Below are positions 24,531 through 39,500 of a stretch of DNA of 64,000 bases, one piece after another (position 1 is the first letter of the stretch; each line of letters starts with the position of its first letter). Source of the DNA: Macrostomum lignano (lineage: Eukaryota); the NCBI GenBank assembly GCA_002269645.1, contig NIVC01001757.1, positions 62,001 to 126,000 of the forward strand. The letters run 5' to 3'. The notes below the pieces were generated by a model. The model was not told where the DNA came from. It searched no databases and was given only the letters and a program-made list of their open reading frames with translations. The position numbers were made by a program, and so were the translations under genes.

Positions 24531-27500
24531 TCAGACCTCGGTGAAGGCCACGTGCACAGTGTCGAACGGGCAGCTCTCCTGGTAATGCAGCGCTCGATGC
24601 TGCTGACGCGGCGGCGGCGTTGGCAGAGACGTCGACCGGAGCAGCATCTGCCGATCGGAGACGTCGCCGTTGACGGCACCGACGGCGAGTCGGCCGCTGA
24701 CTGTGGCCAGTGGTGGAGACGGCAGGAGCTGCCGTTGTTGCCGCTGCTGATGATGCAGCTTCGTAGGCGAAACCGCTGCCGACTTGCCAGGAGGCTTCGC
24801 TGCAGCTGCTAGCGGGTGGCTGAAGGCGGCGTGGTGGAGATGCAAATGTAGGGTGAGATCGGGTTGAGACTTAGGGTGGGATGTAGGTTGAGATTGGGGT
24901 GAGATGGTGAGATCTGGGTTGAGATGGTGAGATCTAGGTTGAGATTGGGGTGAGATGGTGAGATCTGGGTTGAGATGGTGAGAGATGGATTGAGATTGGG
25001 GTGAGATGGTGAGATCTAGGTTGAGATTGGGGTGAGATATGGTTAAGATCTAGGTTGAGATTGGGGTGAAATGATGAGATTTAGGTTGAGATTGGGTTGA
25101 AATGATGAGATCTAGGTTGAGATTGGGGTGAGATATGCTTAAGATTTAGGGTGAGATTGGAGCGAGATATGGTTAAGATTAAGGGTGAGATTGGGGTGAG
25201 ATGGTGAGATCTAGATTGAGATTAAAGTGAGATGGTGAAATCTAGGTTGAGATTGGGGTGAGATGATGAGATCTAAGTTGAGATTGAGGTGAGATGATGA
25301 GATCTAGGTTGTGATTGAGGTGAGATATGGCTAAGATTTAGGGCGAGATTTGGGTGAGATATAGATGTAAAAGGAAATTTCTGATCGGGATATAGAGATG
25401 AAAGGTGATGAGAGATGAAGGTGACACCGTACAGAGAGGGTGAGATTTCTGAGGTTGCTATGGTGAGATGTAAACAGCTGCTTCAGAGTCCAAAACAATT
25501 TCAGAACAAAGCCTAATAAAAAATCAAATCATTTGATCCCGTGCAATATTAAAAAAGGGTCTGGACAGCTTCATCAAAGGATGACGCCGCGACAAAATCT
25601 TCAAGAGTTTCTTTTTTATCGGAACTTGGGTTTCCAATTTTTCCGCAAGTTGATTCTGTAGGCGGCATAAACACTTTTCCTAAAAAAGTATGAATTGTTC
25701 CCAAACATTCCGAAGTTAAATTTGCAGATTAATAATGGCATGGAATTTGCACTGCACGGTTTGATGATAAAAATGGATTTACAGGGAGATATTGCAGATG
25801 GGAAATGAGAGATGCAGGGTGAGATTTGAAGATAAGAAAAGGGAGATGCGGGGGGAGATTTGAAGTTGAGAAAGGGGAGATGCAGGGTGAGATTTGCAGA
25901 TGGGAATGGGAGCTACAGGGTGAGATTTGCAGACAGGAAATGAGATGCAGGGTGAGATTTGAAGATGAGAATGGGAGATACAGGGTGAGATTTAAAGATG
26001 GGAAATGAGAGATGCAGGGTGAGATTTAAAGATGGGAAATGAAAGATGCAGGATGAGATTTAAAGATGGGAAATGGAGGATGTAGGGTGAGATTTAAAGA
26101 TGGGAAATGAGAGATGCAGGGTGAGATTTAAAGATGGGAAATGAGAGATGCAGGGTGAGATTTGAAGATGGGAAATGGAGGATGCAGGGTGAGATTTGAA
26201 GATGGGAAATGGAGGATGCAGAGTGAGATTTGAAGATGGGAAATGGAAGATGCAGGGTGAGATTTGAAGATGAGAAAGGGGAGATGCAGGGTGAGATTTG
26301 AAGATGAGAATGAGAGATGCAGGGTGAGATCGATATCCGGGAAGATACAAATAAAAAATGGGAAGAAAACCACGACTTACCATCGCCCAGTCTCCAACTT
26401 GTTGACCATCTTGTGCGCAAAATATTCCACCTTCTCTTTGCGAGCGCCCAGAAGATTTTTCTCGTTATTATTGAGCGACGCTGAGGAGGTTCCGCTGACG
26501 GCGCCCAGTCCCGAGTCCAGCTCGTCCTCGGCGTCGTCTTTAGCCTTGGAGTTCGAACTGCTGAGAGGCGTCATTGAAGTGGCGGTATTGGAGGCCGGGA
26601 CTGAGGCACCCTGCGGGCTCTGACTGCAGTATCGCCGACAGGAGGCAGACAGCAGGCACAGCAGCAGCACTGTCACTGGCAGGAGCACCCCGCAAGCTGC
26701 TAGCAAAATCGTCTCAGTGGTGCCGCCGCCGCCGCCGCCGTCAGCCGCGGCGGCAATCTCGACAACGCCGACAATAGATCGATTATGACCGCTGCTACTG
26801 TTGCCAAGGCTACGGTTGCCATGGAGCCCGCCGCTGTCCGAGTGCTCGCAGTAGGCTCCGCGGAAGCCGGGCGGACAGCGGCACTCGAGGCCGTTGGCCC
26901 GGTCAACGCAGGTGCCACCGTTGCGACAGCGGAAGCGACAGTCCAGCAGGTTGACGTTGCAACGGGTGCCGGCGAAATGGTGGCGGCAGATGCAGCTGAA
27001 CTTGTTCAGGCCGTCCACGCACTGGCCACCTGGGGGGGAGGGCGGTTCGGGAATGGGGCGGGGGTTAGACTCTCGCCATAGCTCGTACCATGGTCCCTTG
27101 GGGCCTGACCGATTAGGTCAGCGCTCAAGCAGTTCTGCCCATTCCCTCTGACTGCTGAGCACATACAAGCGGCCCTTTGACTCTCAAAATCCTCAGGCAT
27201 GTACACACTCTCAACAGAATCGATTCATCGAACCATAGCTCCTTCCTGGTCGGTGCCCAAAAAAGCCACTGTGTGAACCATACAGGATCAGGAACTACAG
27301 AAACCTAATAAATCACTTAATAAATGATGCTATTATCATATTTATATTTATATACTCGTATACAGCTAAGATCTTGCATCCAAAATCTAATTACTCTAAC
27401 AGATCTAAATTAATTTTGCAGTATCTAGCCTGGTCTATAACGAGCAGGAAGACAGGGAACTGTTAAGCTAATGATGAGCAGCTTGTCAGACTAATTACAT

Positions 27501-30500
27501 AAGCTTCACACGGCTGAGCTGTGTGTAAGTAAGATGGAGAGTTGAAGCAGAAAAAGCAGAAACACGCAGCGTATTCTGTTTGTTGCTAAGCGCAATTTCG
27601 CGCGTGGATTGGAACGGCAAAGATTAGCACGAGAAGACGGCGGCGAGCCTTTAGCCGTATTGAATTTGTCTGCAGATATGCGGCGTCGTCTCCTTGGCAA
27701 CTGCTACCATGTCCCTAGAAGATTTTGATTAGAAACTAAATAAGGAACTTCATGGGCGCAGCCTCCGCCTACGCAGGCGAAACAATTAATTAGCATATCT
27801 ATAAAATTAGCATATATTTAACATAATTAAAACCCTGCATAATTGGTCGAGTGGCACATGCAGCATCGCCAGGACAAGAAACGTTTAATCGCCAAAAAAG
27901 TAATTAGGTCGTAGAGCATTGCGCTAGACACACGCTTGATTGCGTATCTCTTTAATCTGTTCGTGCAAATTATTAATAATTAAGAAAGTTTAAGCCATGT
28001 CAGCTCCTTGCGGCTGAAATGCAATTCAGTTTGTAAGAGGCAAAAGCTATATTGCTACAACTTTTATCAATCATAGAATCGAGTTCCATATAGATCCCAG
28101 CTTCGAGTCCCGAAAAGATCCCAAATTCGAGTCACAGATTCATTCCAGATTCGAGTCTCAGATAGATCTTGGAGTTGGGTTTCAGATAAATCTCGGATTT
28201 GAGTCCCGAATAGATCCCAGATTCAAGTTTCGGATAGATCCCAGGTTCGAGTCCCAAATAGATCCCAGATTCGAGTCCCGAAAAGATCCCAGGTTCGAGT
28301 CACAGATAGATCCCAGATTCGAGTCCCGAATAGATCCCAGATTTAAGTCTCAGATAGATCCCAGGTTCAAGTCCCGAATAGATTTCAGATTCAAGTCCCG
28401 AATAGATCCCAGATTCGAGTCGCGAATAGATCCCAGAATGAGTCGGAAAATGGATCCCAAATTCGACTCCCGAATAGATTCCAGAATCGAGTCCCGAATA
28501 AATATCTCAGAATCAACCTACAAACAAACTTCTGAATAAATCAAGTACCGTGCAGATCTCATAATAAAAAAGCACCCTACTTTGACAAAGCCATCGAGTT
28601 TGCAGCAGCTAACATACAAAGGGTAAAGTTGAATTGGTAGGGAGAGCATAGCTACTGAAGGAAAGACATTAATGACTTACTATTCAATACCCAGTATCAA
28701 TGAATAGCTACTATAGTTTCAACCAACAGCTAACCCGCTCCGCCCATTTTGTTATTAATGAGAAAAATAGCGCAACGCAACATAAAAACACGCTGTATGC
28801 AAGCTTATAGCCGAAGACAAGTACCCTTGCTTAAGGGGGGTAGGACAGGGCGGTTCTTCTCTGGTACTACGATAAGAACTTACAACAGGGTAGGATATAT
28901 CCCTACGTTGGGGAACCATTGCTAAGTTACAACCGCCCCTGGATTTGCAAACAGGTTTTTATGAGGGGGGGGGGGTTGTTGAGCGGAAAGGAAGGCTCCC
29001 TCACCGCTACTCCCCTGTTTACCACTGCCCGGTCGCTCTATGGAAAGAAACCGCAAAAAATTCATTAATCAAAATCAAGAATGAACAATGTTCCATGCTA
29101 TTGGCCCGAGGGACAGGGAGAGAACAAAACTAAATAACCGAATCCAAACAATTAATAACCTGTATTAAGTAGCAATTATCTCACTTTGGTGCTGTAGCAA
29201 TCACCTCATTTTAGCGCTGTAACAATCATCTTATCTTGGTGCTGTAGCAATCACCTCATTTTGGTGCTGTAGCAATCACCTCATTTTTGTGCTGTAGCAA
29301 TCATCTCATGTTGGTGCTGTAGCAATCACCTCATTTTGGTGCTGTAGCAATCAACTCATTTTGGTGCTGTAGCAATCATCTCATTTTGGTGCTGTAGCAA
29401 TCATCTCATTTTGGTGCTGTAGCAATCATCTCATTTTGGTGCTGTAGCAGTCATCTCATTTTGGTGCTGTAGCAATCATCTCATGTTGGTGCTGTAGCAA
29501 TCACCTCATGTTGGTGCTGTAGCAATCAACTCATTTTGGTGCTGTAGCAATCATCTCATGTTGGTGCTGTAGCAATCACCTCATTTTGGTGCTGTAGCAA
29601 TCAACTCATTTTGGTGCTGTAGCAATCATCTCATTTTGGTGCTGTAGCAATCATCTCATTTTGGTGCTGTAGCAATCATCTCATTTTGGTGCTGTAGCAA
29701 TCATCTCATTTTGGTGCTGCAGCAATCATCTCATTTTGGTGCTGTAGCAATCATCTTATCTTGGTGCTGCAGCAATCATCTCATTTTGGTGCTGTAGCAA
29801 TCATCTCATTTTGGTGCTGTAGCAATCATCTTATCTTGGTGCTGTAGCAATCATCTCATTTTGGTGCTGTAGCAATCATCTCATTTTGGTGCTGTAGCAA
29901 TCATCTTATCTTGGTGCTGTAGCAATCATCTCATTTTGGTGCTGTAGCAATCATCTCATTTTGGTGCTGTAGCAATCATCTCATTTTGGTGCTGTAGCAA
30001 TCATCTCATTTTGGTGCTGTAGCAATCATCTCATTTTGGTGCTGTAGCAATCATCTCATTTTGGTGCTGTAGCAATCATCTTATCTTGGTGCTGCAGCAA
30101 TCATCTCATTTTGGTGCTGTAGCAATCATCTCATCTTGGTGCTGCAGCAATCATCTCATTTTGGTGCTGTAGCAATCACCTCATTTTGGTGCTGTAGCAA
30201 TCATTTTATTTTGGTGCTGTAGCAATCATCTCATTTTGGTGCTGTAGCAGTCATCTCATTTTGGTGCTGCAGCAATCATCTCATTTTGGTGCTGCAGCAA
30301 TCATCTCATTTTGGTGCTGTAGCAATCACCTCATTTTGGTGCTGTAGCAATCACCTCATTTTGGTGCTGTAGCAATCATTTTATTTTGATGTTGTAGCAA
30401 TCATCTTATGTTGGTTCTGTAGCAATCATCTCATTTCGGTGCTGTAGCAATCATCTCATTTTGGTGTTGTAGCAATCATCTTATCTTGGAGCTTTTTTGT

Positions 30501-33500
30501 CTTGGCCAATCATCTTGTGCCAAACATGACACATTAGACAGTCACCTATTACTTTTAGTGCCTGTTTTAGATCAGATTTAGAAACTAATAAAACAAGTGC
30601 TTTTTTCGCATGCATACCATCTTGCAGCGTAGGTTTTGTTGCGGCCAAAGTTTGAAAAAGGAACGAACAGTAATCAAGACAAGCTGAATGAATTCCTATG
30701 TCCCTTCACCAGCCAGGCTTTTTATGAGAAATGCAACATTGCACGTGCTGAGACACGCTGTGAGCTGGCAGTGCAACTGCACCTGTTGGTTGCAGATAGC
30801 CCTTAGAATACAATACAACATAGCAATACGTATGTAACATTTTGGATTTGGACTATTGAACGTCATCTATAAAGTCTGAAATTCCAAATGCTAGAAAGGT
30901 TTCTCTAAAATTTATATCCTCAATGGTCCGACAAGATCCGACAACTATGATTTTTGACCCGTATAATAGTGGGACGGTCACAATTTTTGATGAACGTCAA
31001 AATGTGAATGTGGCACTGCCTGTCACACTTGTGACCGTGATGTGATCGTCATTTACTAATGTGAATGTGACCATTAAAAAACACTCACGTGACCATCGTG
31101 TGACCTTCAAATGTGACAATCACAAAACGGTCACTCGTGTGACCGTCAAAAGATAAAATGTCGTCATTGTGACCCTAATATGTGTTAGCTACTTAGCTTT
31201 ATATAATAAAAAACTAACACGTGAAAAAACGAACACCTTGATAATGATTGACCGTTTACACAGACTCACACAGACAAATTTTTAAATCTTAACTATAAAA
31301 TCTCACTCCTGCGATTCTGAGATCATCTCACCCCTGCGATTAGAGATCTAAAATCTCACCCCTACGATTTGAGATCTAAAATCTCACCCCTACAATTCGG
31401 AGATCTAAAATCTCATCCTAGGATTTGAGATCTAAATTCTCAACACTGCGATTCCGAGATAAAAAATCTCACCCTTGCGACTTTGAAGTATTACATTTAA
31501 GTGAACACTCGTTCATGTATCTTATCAGACTCACAGGTATTTACTGAGGTTTACCTGTACATTGTCAACCGCATATTTTCTTTGTTGGCGATTAGAATAA
31601 TAATTATTAATATTAAATGCTGATTGTCTCCCCTACCATTGTCAACTGGCTGTCGGAGTACCTGGCCGGGGTTAAAAACAGGCTTAATAAACCAGGCTAG
31701 GGCAACCCTGGGATATTTTACTGAAATTATATTCTCTAATTAATAATTAATAAACAGCAGTTTTAACACACGGGGATGGCAGAGATGGCGTTAGATAGAT
31801 AGGGATTAACGGATGAACAATGCAGGACACCTATAGCCTAGCAGAGATTATCAATCCCTATATCAAAATCCTTATAATCCAATATATATTTCATTCTTTG
31901 ATCCATAACCCCCGCTACATATTGCGCTGTTTGGATAATTAGCACGTGGCTAAACATCAGTTCGTATCAGATATAATTATTATTAGCATCAGGGAGTGCT
32001 AATAAACCTGTTGACAAGCATTCCGGATTGAAACTATATTTAACAGTCTATTTAAACAGTACTAACTACCTTTAACTTTATATTTTCAGAGTACACTTAA
32101 AAACAGAGATAACTTTCCTTTGTTAATCGACCAAATCTCATGATGTTGATGGTCCCGAAAAATGAAGAACGAAGAATGACACCCCCGAAATTCTCGTGAA
32201 ATCAGATAACAGCGGGATATGACATCCCTGAAATTCTTCTGAAATCAGATAACAGCGGGATATGACATCCCTGAAATTCTTCTGAAATCAGATCACTGCG
32301 GGATATGACATCCCTGAAATTCTTCTGAAGTCAGATCACTGCGGGATATGACATCCCTGAAATTCTTCTGAAGTCAGATCACAGAGGGATTTGACATCCC
32401 TGAAATTCTCATGAAGTCAGATAACAGCAGGATATGACATCCCTGAAATTCTCATGAAGTCAGATCACAGCGGGATATGACATCCCTGAAATTCTCATGA
32501 AGTCAGATCACAGAGGGATATGACATCCCTGAAATTCTCATGAAGTCAGATCACAGAGGGATATGACATCCCTGAAATTCTCAGGAAATCAGATCACAGA
32601 GGGATTTGACATCCCTGAAATTCGCATGAAATCAGATCACAGCAGGATATGACATCCCTGAAATTCTCATGAAGTCAGATCACAGAGGGATATGACATCC
32701 CTGAAATTCGCAGGAAATCAGATCACAGCGGGATATGACATCCCTGAAATTCGCAGGAAATCAGATCACAGAGGGATATGACATCCCTGAAATTCGCATG
32801 AAATCAGATCACAGCGGGACCCTGAATTCCTATGAAATGAGATAGCAATAATTTATGACTTAATGTATCAAATTAAAAGCCGTTAAAGAGTTAATGAATA
32901 TGCGTCACGAAGGGGTGAAATATGACTTTTGAAATGACGAAAAGGTTAAACGATTTAGCCTTCAATTGTTCAGGGAATGATTAAATGAACCTTCGACCTA
33001 AGCAATTCTATTAATAATTAATACTGAAGAAGTCGTGACAGCTTGAACTTTGGAGAGCACCAAGACCAAGAGCACAGAACTCATTCAGCAGGTCGCCAAG
33101 TCTAAAAACACACAGCTGCGCCCAATCTGCACCTGTCAGGGGGGGGGGGGGCAATCCACTAGCGCTCCCAGCACTGACCTCCAACCTCCCTCAGCCCTTA
33201 CCTCTACTCAGTCATTTATAATACTTAAACCATATGCTCACTTAGATGGAGGCGAAATTAGAATGCAGTTTTCATACTAAATGGCCCGCGAGTGTACCCC
33301 ACTCTCCTGCCCTGGTCACTGAGCAGTTATAAATCATTCTCTGAACTGCCGTTCAGCGCCCAGCGCCATTGTGAATTAAGCACTCGCTGCACTTCATCGT
33401 CAGATAGCTCAGGTAAAAATCTGCCGATTTCTAAACCAAAAATTTCTATAAACTGGCCTGGATTTGTCAAAAGAATTTCAATAACCATTTAAATCCAGAC

Positions 33501-36500
33501 AGTAGATTATCGCTGATCCGAGCCACTAATCCAAACTAATCCAAGCAATTATCCCATGTGGATTATCACTAATCCAAGCAATTATCCCATGTGGATTATC
33601 ACTAATCCAAGAAATTATGCAATGTGGATTATCACTAATCCAAGCAATTATGCCATGTGGATTATCACTAATCCAAGCAATTATGCCATGTGGATTATCA
33701 CTAATCCAAACAATTATCCCATGTGGATTATCACTAATCAAAGCAATTATCCTACCCCATGTGGATTATCACTAATCCAAGCAATTATGCAATGTGGATT
33801 ATCACTAATCCAAGCAATTATCCCATAAGACCCATATGGATTATCACTAATCCAAGCAATTATCCTACCCCATGTGGATTATCACTAATCCAAGCAATAC
33901 TCCCATGTGGATTATCACTAATCCAAGCAATTATGCCATGTGGATTATCACTAATCCAAGCAATTATGCAATGTGGATTATCACTAATCCAAGCAATTAT
34001 GCCATGTGGATTATCACTAATCCAAGCGATTATGCAATGTGGATTATCAATAATCCAAGCAATTATCCCATGTGGATTATCACTAATCCAAGCAATTATG
34101 CCATGTGGATTATCACTAATTCAAACAATTTTCCTGACGAAGAATATCGCCAATTTGAATAATAATTAAGGGCATAATCTGTAGTTTAAAAATATCTCAA
34201 GTGGATTATCGCTAATCTAAAAAGTAATGATTATTCATCCAGCCCGCTCACCATTCAGACAGTAGCCGGGCTTGCAATCGTCCGTGTTGATCTCGCAGTT
34301 CTGACCGGACCAGCCAGCATCGCAGTCGCAGGCGAAGCCGCCCCCAGCTCTGGCCGGCAGGTCCCGGCACCGGCCGCGACCCTGGCAGGGTCTCTCCGAG
34401 CACCTGGTGATGTTGAACTGGCACCGGCGACCGGTGAAGCCCGGCCGGCAATGGCAGCGCGTGTCAGAACTGTCAATCGGCGTTGCCGTTGTCAAGGCGT
34501 TGCTATGCGGCAAATCCGCTACGACTTTTTTGCCACTCGAGTTCTGAAGGGGGGTGGTGGTATGGGTGAATTGGAATTCGACTGGAAAAATGGCAGCCCA
34601 AATGAAAGAGGACCGAAGGACCATAAAAAGCAGCGGTGCTATGATTGAGAACCATGGGAAGAAGCTGCGGCACTCAATGATTGAGGACCATGAGAAGAAG
34701 CGGTGACCCAAATGATTGAGGACCATGAGAAGAAGCGGTGACCCAACTGATTGAGGACCATGGGAAGAAGCGGTGACCCAACTGATTGAGGACCACGGGA
34801 AGAAGCGGTGACCCAAATGATTGAAGACCATGGGAAGAAGCCCCAGTACAAAAGGCTAGGGAATAAAACATTAAATAACTACCTGTCACTTGAATCAATG
34901 AGCTTCTGCACATAATGGACACAAGCATACCTGCACAGCCCCTCTAACCCCCTTACCGATGGGCAAGTGCCGCCGTTGGCGCAGCCAGTCAGTCTGCAGT
35001 CGTTCAACTCTTTCTCGCAGTGAAAGCCAGTGTAGCCCGGCTGGCAGAGGCAGGTATAATTATAGCCCAAACCGTCTTTGTTGACGCAGCGACCGCCGTT
35101 CTCGCACGGATTTGGATTGTTGCGGCACCACTGCAGATCTGCGAGTGAAGATTTCATGTAAAGATCAGATATTTTGTTTTTAAATAACTGCATGTATGAT
35201 TATAAGTAATATTTATCTATTTCAAACATTAAGTACTCCAATTGTTCAGTTCTGAAATCTCACATCTAGATGACTATTCCTGAGGGACATCAATGAGATC
35301 CCATCCCTATGGGACACTAATTCAGCATGAGATCTCATCCCTATGAGACACCAATGAGATCTCATCCCTATGAGCCACCAATGAAATCTCATCCCTATGA
35401 GATACCAGTGAAATATCATCCCTATGAGACACCAATGAAATCTCATCCCTATGAGCCACCAAAGAAATCTCATCCCTATGAGACACCAATGAGATCTCTT
35501 CCTTATAGGAGACACCAATGAGATCTCTTCCTTATGAGACACCAATGAGGTCTCATGCCTATGTGACACCAACAGCATGAGATCTCATCTTTATGAGACA
35601 CCAAAAGCATGAGATATCATCTCTATGGTACATTCATTTACCTAATCTCATTCCCATCGTAGTAGAAACATAATACATCGCTATTTGACTACAACCACTT
35701 GAAGAATGACAAGGTAGCAAAGCTATAGAGCTAAAGCTAACCAAGACACCCAAGAATCGAGCGCCCAGTGCAGGGTTCAGCTACACTGTAAAAAATAACA
35801 CTGGAGTTTCATTGACCAACAGGAGAGTCAAGTAAGAAGCGGATCAAATGACAAGTTTCTCTTTCTTGGTCTTCCGCTTCTAGGAGACCCTTAGCTAAAA
35901 GAGCCCGCAATGGAACGCTGACGGATTCGGTTTGCGATGAATGTAGCGAAATCGCAGTCTTATTGTATATGCTAAACTATTACTGCAATAGAAACTAATG
36001 CAATATACATACACTGTACAGGTACACCGTAAGCGAAGCATTTAAGTATAGGTGAAAAAGCAACAAAGATTCCCTGTGCATTGCACACTTGTTGGTCTTT
36101 GTGCGTACAGCGTAACCCTTTTGTTTTATTATTACTACAGCTCATATGGCATGTTGCCTGGACTGAACAGTATAATTGTTGCAAGCATGCTTCCATACCA
36201 GGTAATAATAGGATGTAGTTTCTTTTCAAAATACTGCGCATTAAAAATGACCAGACTTGTGTATGTGCCCGCCTTTTTCCTGGTCCTTCGGACTTCCTAT
36301 TTTTTCTTAAAAGATTATTTCAAGATGAGGAAATCAGAAAGTTGTCTGATTTTCTTCAGTATTAGCGCGGTTTTTGGCGCCAAAATAGCGCCATATTATT
36401 GGCGCCGACAGATGATGGTTTCTGGCGCCAAAAATAGCGCCGACAGATGATGGTTTCTGGCGCCAAAAATAGCGCCATATTATTAGCGCCGACAGATGAT

Positions 36501-39500
36501 GGTTTCTGGCGCCAAAAATAGCGCTATATTATTAGCGCCGACAGATGATGGTTTCTGACGCTAAAAATAGCGCTATATTATTAGCGCCGACAGATGATGG
36601 TTTCTGGCGCCAAAAATAGCGCTATATTATTAGCGCCGACAGATGATGGTTTCTGACGCTAAAAATAGCGCTATATTATTAGCGCCGACAGATGATGGTT
36701 TCTGGCGCCAAAAATAGCGCCGACAGATGATGGTTTCTGGCGCCAAAAATAGCGCCATATTATTAGCGCCGACAGATGATGGTTTCTGGCGCCAAAAATA
36801 GCGCCATATTATTAGCGCCGACAGATGATGGTTTCTGGCGCCAAAAATAGCGCTATATTATTAGCGCCGACAGATGATGGTTTCTGACGCTAAAAATAGC
36901 GCTATATTATTAGCGCCGACAGATGATGGTTTCTGGCGCCAAAAATAGCGCCGACAGATGATGGTTTCTGGCGCCAAAAATAGCGCCATATTATTAGCGC
37001 CGACAGATGATGGTTTCTGGCGCCAAAAATAGCGCTATATTATTAGCGCCGACAGATGATGGTTTCTGACGCTAAAAATAGCGCTATATTATTAGCGCCG
37101 ACAGATGATGGTTTCTGGCGCCAAAAATAGCGCCGACAGATGATGGTTTCTGGCGCCAAAAATAGCGCCGACAGATGATGGTTTCTGGCGCCAAAAATAG
37201 CGCCATATTATTAGCGCCGACAGATGATGGTTTCTGGCGCCAAAAATAGCGCCATATTATTAGCGCCGACAGATGATGGTTTCTGGCGCCAAAAATAGCG
37301 CTATATTATTAGCGCCGACAGATGATGGTTTCTGACGCTAAAAATAGCGCTATATTATTAGCGCCGACAGATGATGGTTTCTGGCGCCAAAAATAGCGCC
37401 GACAGATGATGGTTTCTGGCGCCAAAAATAGCGCCATATTATTAGCGCCGACAGATGATGGTTTCTGGCGCCAAAAATAGCGCTATATTATTAGCGCCGA
37501 CAGATGATGGTTTCTGACGCTAAAAATAGCATATAATAGATAATTTCGATTGTGAAATACAGCTATATAGCTATAGCATAGCATTGTATGAGGGACTAAT
37601 GTTGTAATATATCTGCATACCATCCGCATATACTCGTAGCAACTGCTATTTCGCTAAGAGTAATTAACGGGATTATAAATAAGCCCTTGGAGATACTATA
37701 TTTTCCTTCATTAGTAAGATTTAGAAATTATTATTCAAGCTAAAGCCCCACTTCAGCCACCAGTAGACATGTCGACCTGCCTGCAGATGGAGACAAGTCT
37801 TTGTCTACTAGCTGTAGGATTTGTTGATTTAAAGCCACCAAGCGCTACAGGAGAGAGAAACTAGGTGGGGGGACCCTATACCTTAGGTATTTTGCACCTT
37901 GATCCTTTTCAGTCCCCCGACTCTGCATGGGAGCTGGAAAACCGGAAGGAAGGAAGGAAGGAAGGAAGGAAGCTAGAACGGTGACTCACTCTGCAAAGTA
38001 ATCATTTGAATTCGTAATCATCTGTAGCCGAAATCGCGGATTTGGCGACAGGCAGACAACCTTTCCTTTGCTGTTCGCCGTTAGCTCGTTAGCAACAACT
38101 GCAGGCTTAGGACCCCTTCCTTAACTACCCTAGCAGCCATGGGAAAGATAGCCATCTATATTACTGATACATATATACTCCCTCGACCCATCTCTGCATC
38201 AGTACCCACTATAGTCTTTGTGCGAGCTTGCATACATGGCTAAATTAATGAATTGAAAAGACAGTAGGATCTAGTTATTCTTTTTTTAATCCACCAATTT
38301 GTCCAAATTATGAAATATAATTAGGCAGAGAGCAACGATGCTACGATTTTACTAACTGATAAATACTCGCAGTTGCAGACGCTTAAAGTTTTAAAGAAAA
38401 GTTTCATTGAAAAGGACACAAAAAACTGACAAAGACACAATCAGGTTGACAAAGACACACGATACAGCTGACAAAAACACACAGTCAGGTTGACAAAGAC
38501 ACACGATACAGCTGACAGACACAGTCAGGTTGACAAAGACACACGATACAGCTGACAAAGACACAGTCAGGTTGACAAAGACACACGATACAGACAGCTG
38601 ACAAAAAGATTTTAAAAGTTAAGCTATAAAAGTCAAATTCTATTTAGATATGGAGTGTATAGACTGTTGAGTTAATGAAACTCTGATATAGGGATTAGAA
38701 TAAATTTTGAAAGAGTAATTACACTATAAACGGGTTGCCAAGACACTAGTTTTACATATAGAAATCTCCCGTGACTCACCAATGTCGCACAGCATGCCGC
38801 CGTAACCTTTTTTACACTCGCACTCCATCGGTTGGCGACAGAAGCCGTGCTTCGGGCTGCAGTTGGGCATCGGGACGCACCTGGAACAGTCGGGGCCGTC
38901 CCAGCCTGGCAGACACCTGCAAGGTGAGGTGTAATGCAGAAAAACCATGTTACTGATCTAATCAGTGATCCCAAAAATTCCCCAAAAGACAGCAGCGTGA
39001 ATCACTCAAATCCCAAATAAATTTTCAAGTTTCAAAATCCCAAAAAATCCGAAATAGATAATAACCTAAATCCCAAATCCCAGAAATTCTGAACTCGAAC
39101 AGATCCCCATTCCAGACTGTGAATCCCAAATCCCAGAAATTCTGAACTCGAACAGATCCCCATTCTAGACTGTGTGAATCCCAAATCCCACAAATTATAA
39201 ACTCGAACAGATCCCCATTCCAGACTGTGTGAATCCCAAATCCCACAAATTCTAAACTCGAACAGATCCCCATTCCAGACTGTGTGAATCCCAAATCCCA
39301 CAAATTCTAAACTCGAACAGATCCCCATTCCAGACTGTGTGAATCCCAAATCCCACAAATTCTAAACTCGAACAGATCCCCATTCCAGACTGTGTGAATC
39401 CCAAATCCCACAAATTCTAAACTCGAACAGATCCCCATTCCAGACTGTGTGAATCCCAAATCCCACAAATTCTAAACTCGAACAGATCCCCATTCCAGAC

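Noticed and set aside
33040-33400. RCAGSTG E-boxes in a Delta intron as a proneural enhancer
   Set aside because: Plausible biologically but only two or three short motifs; unsupported without conservation data.
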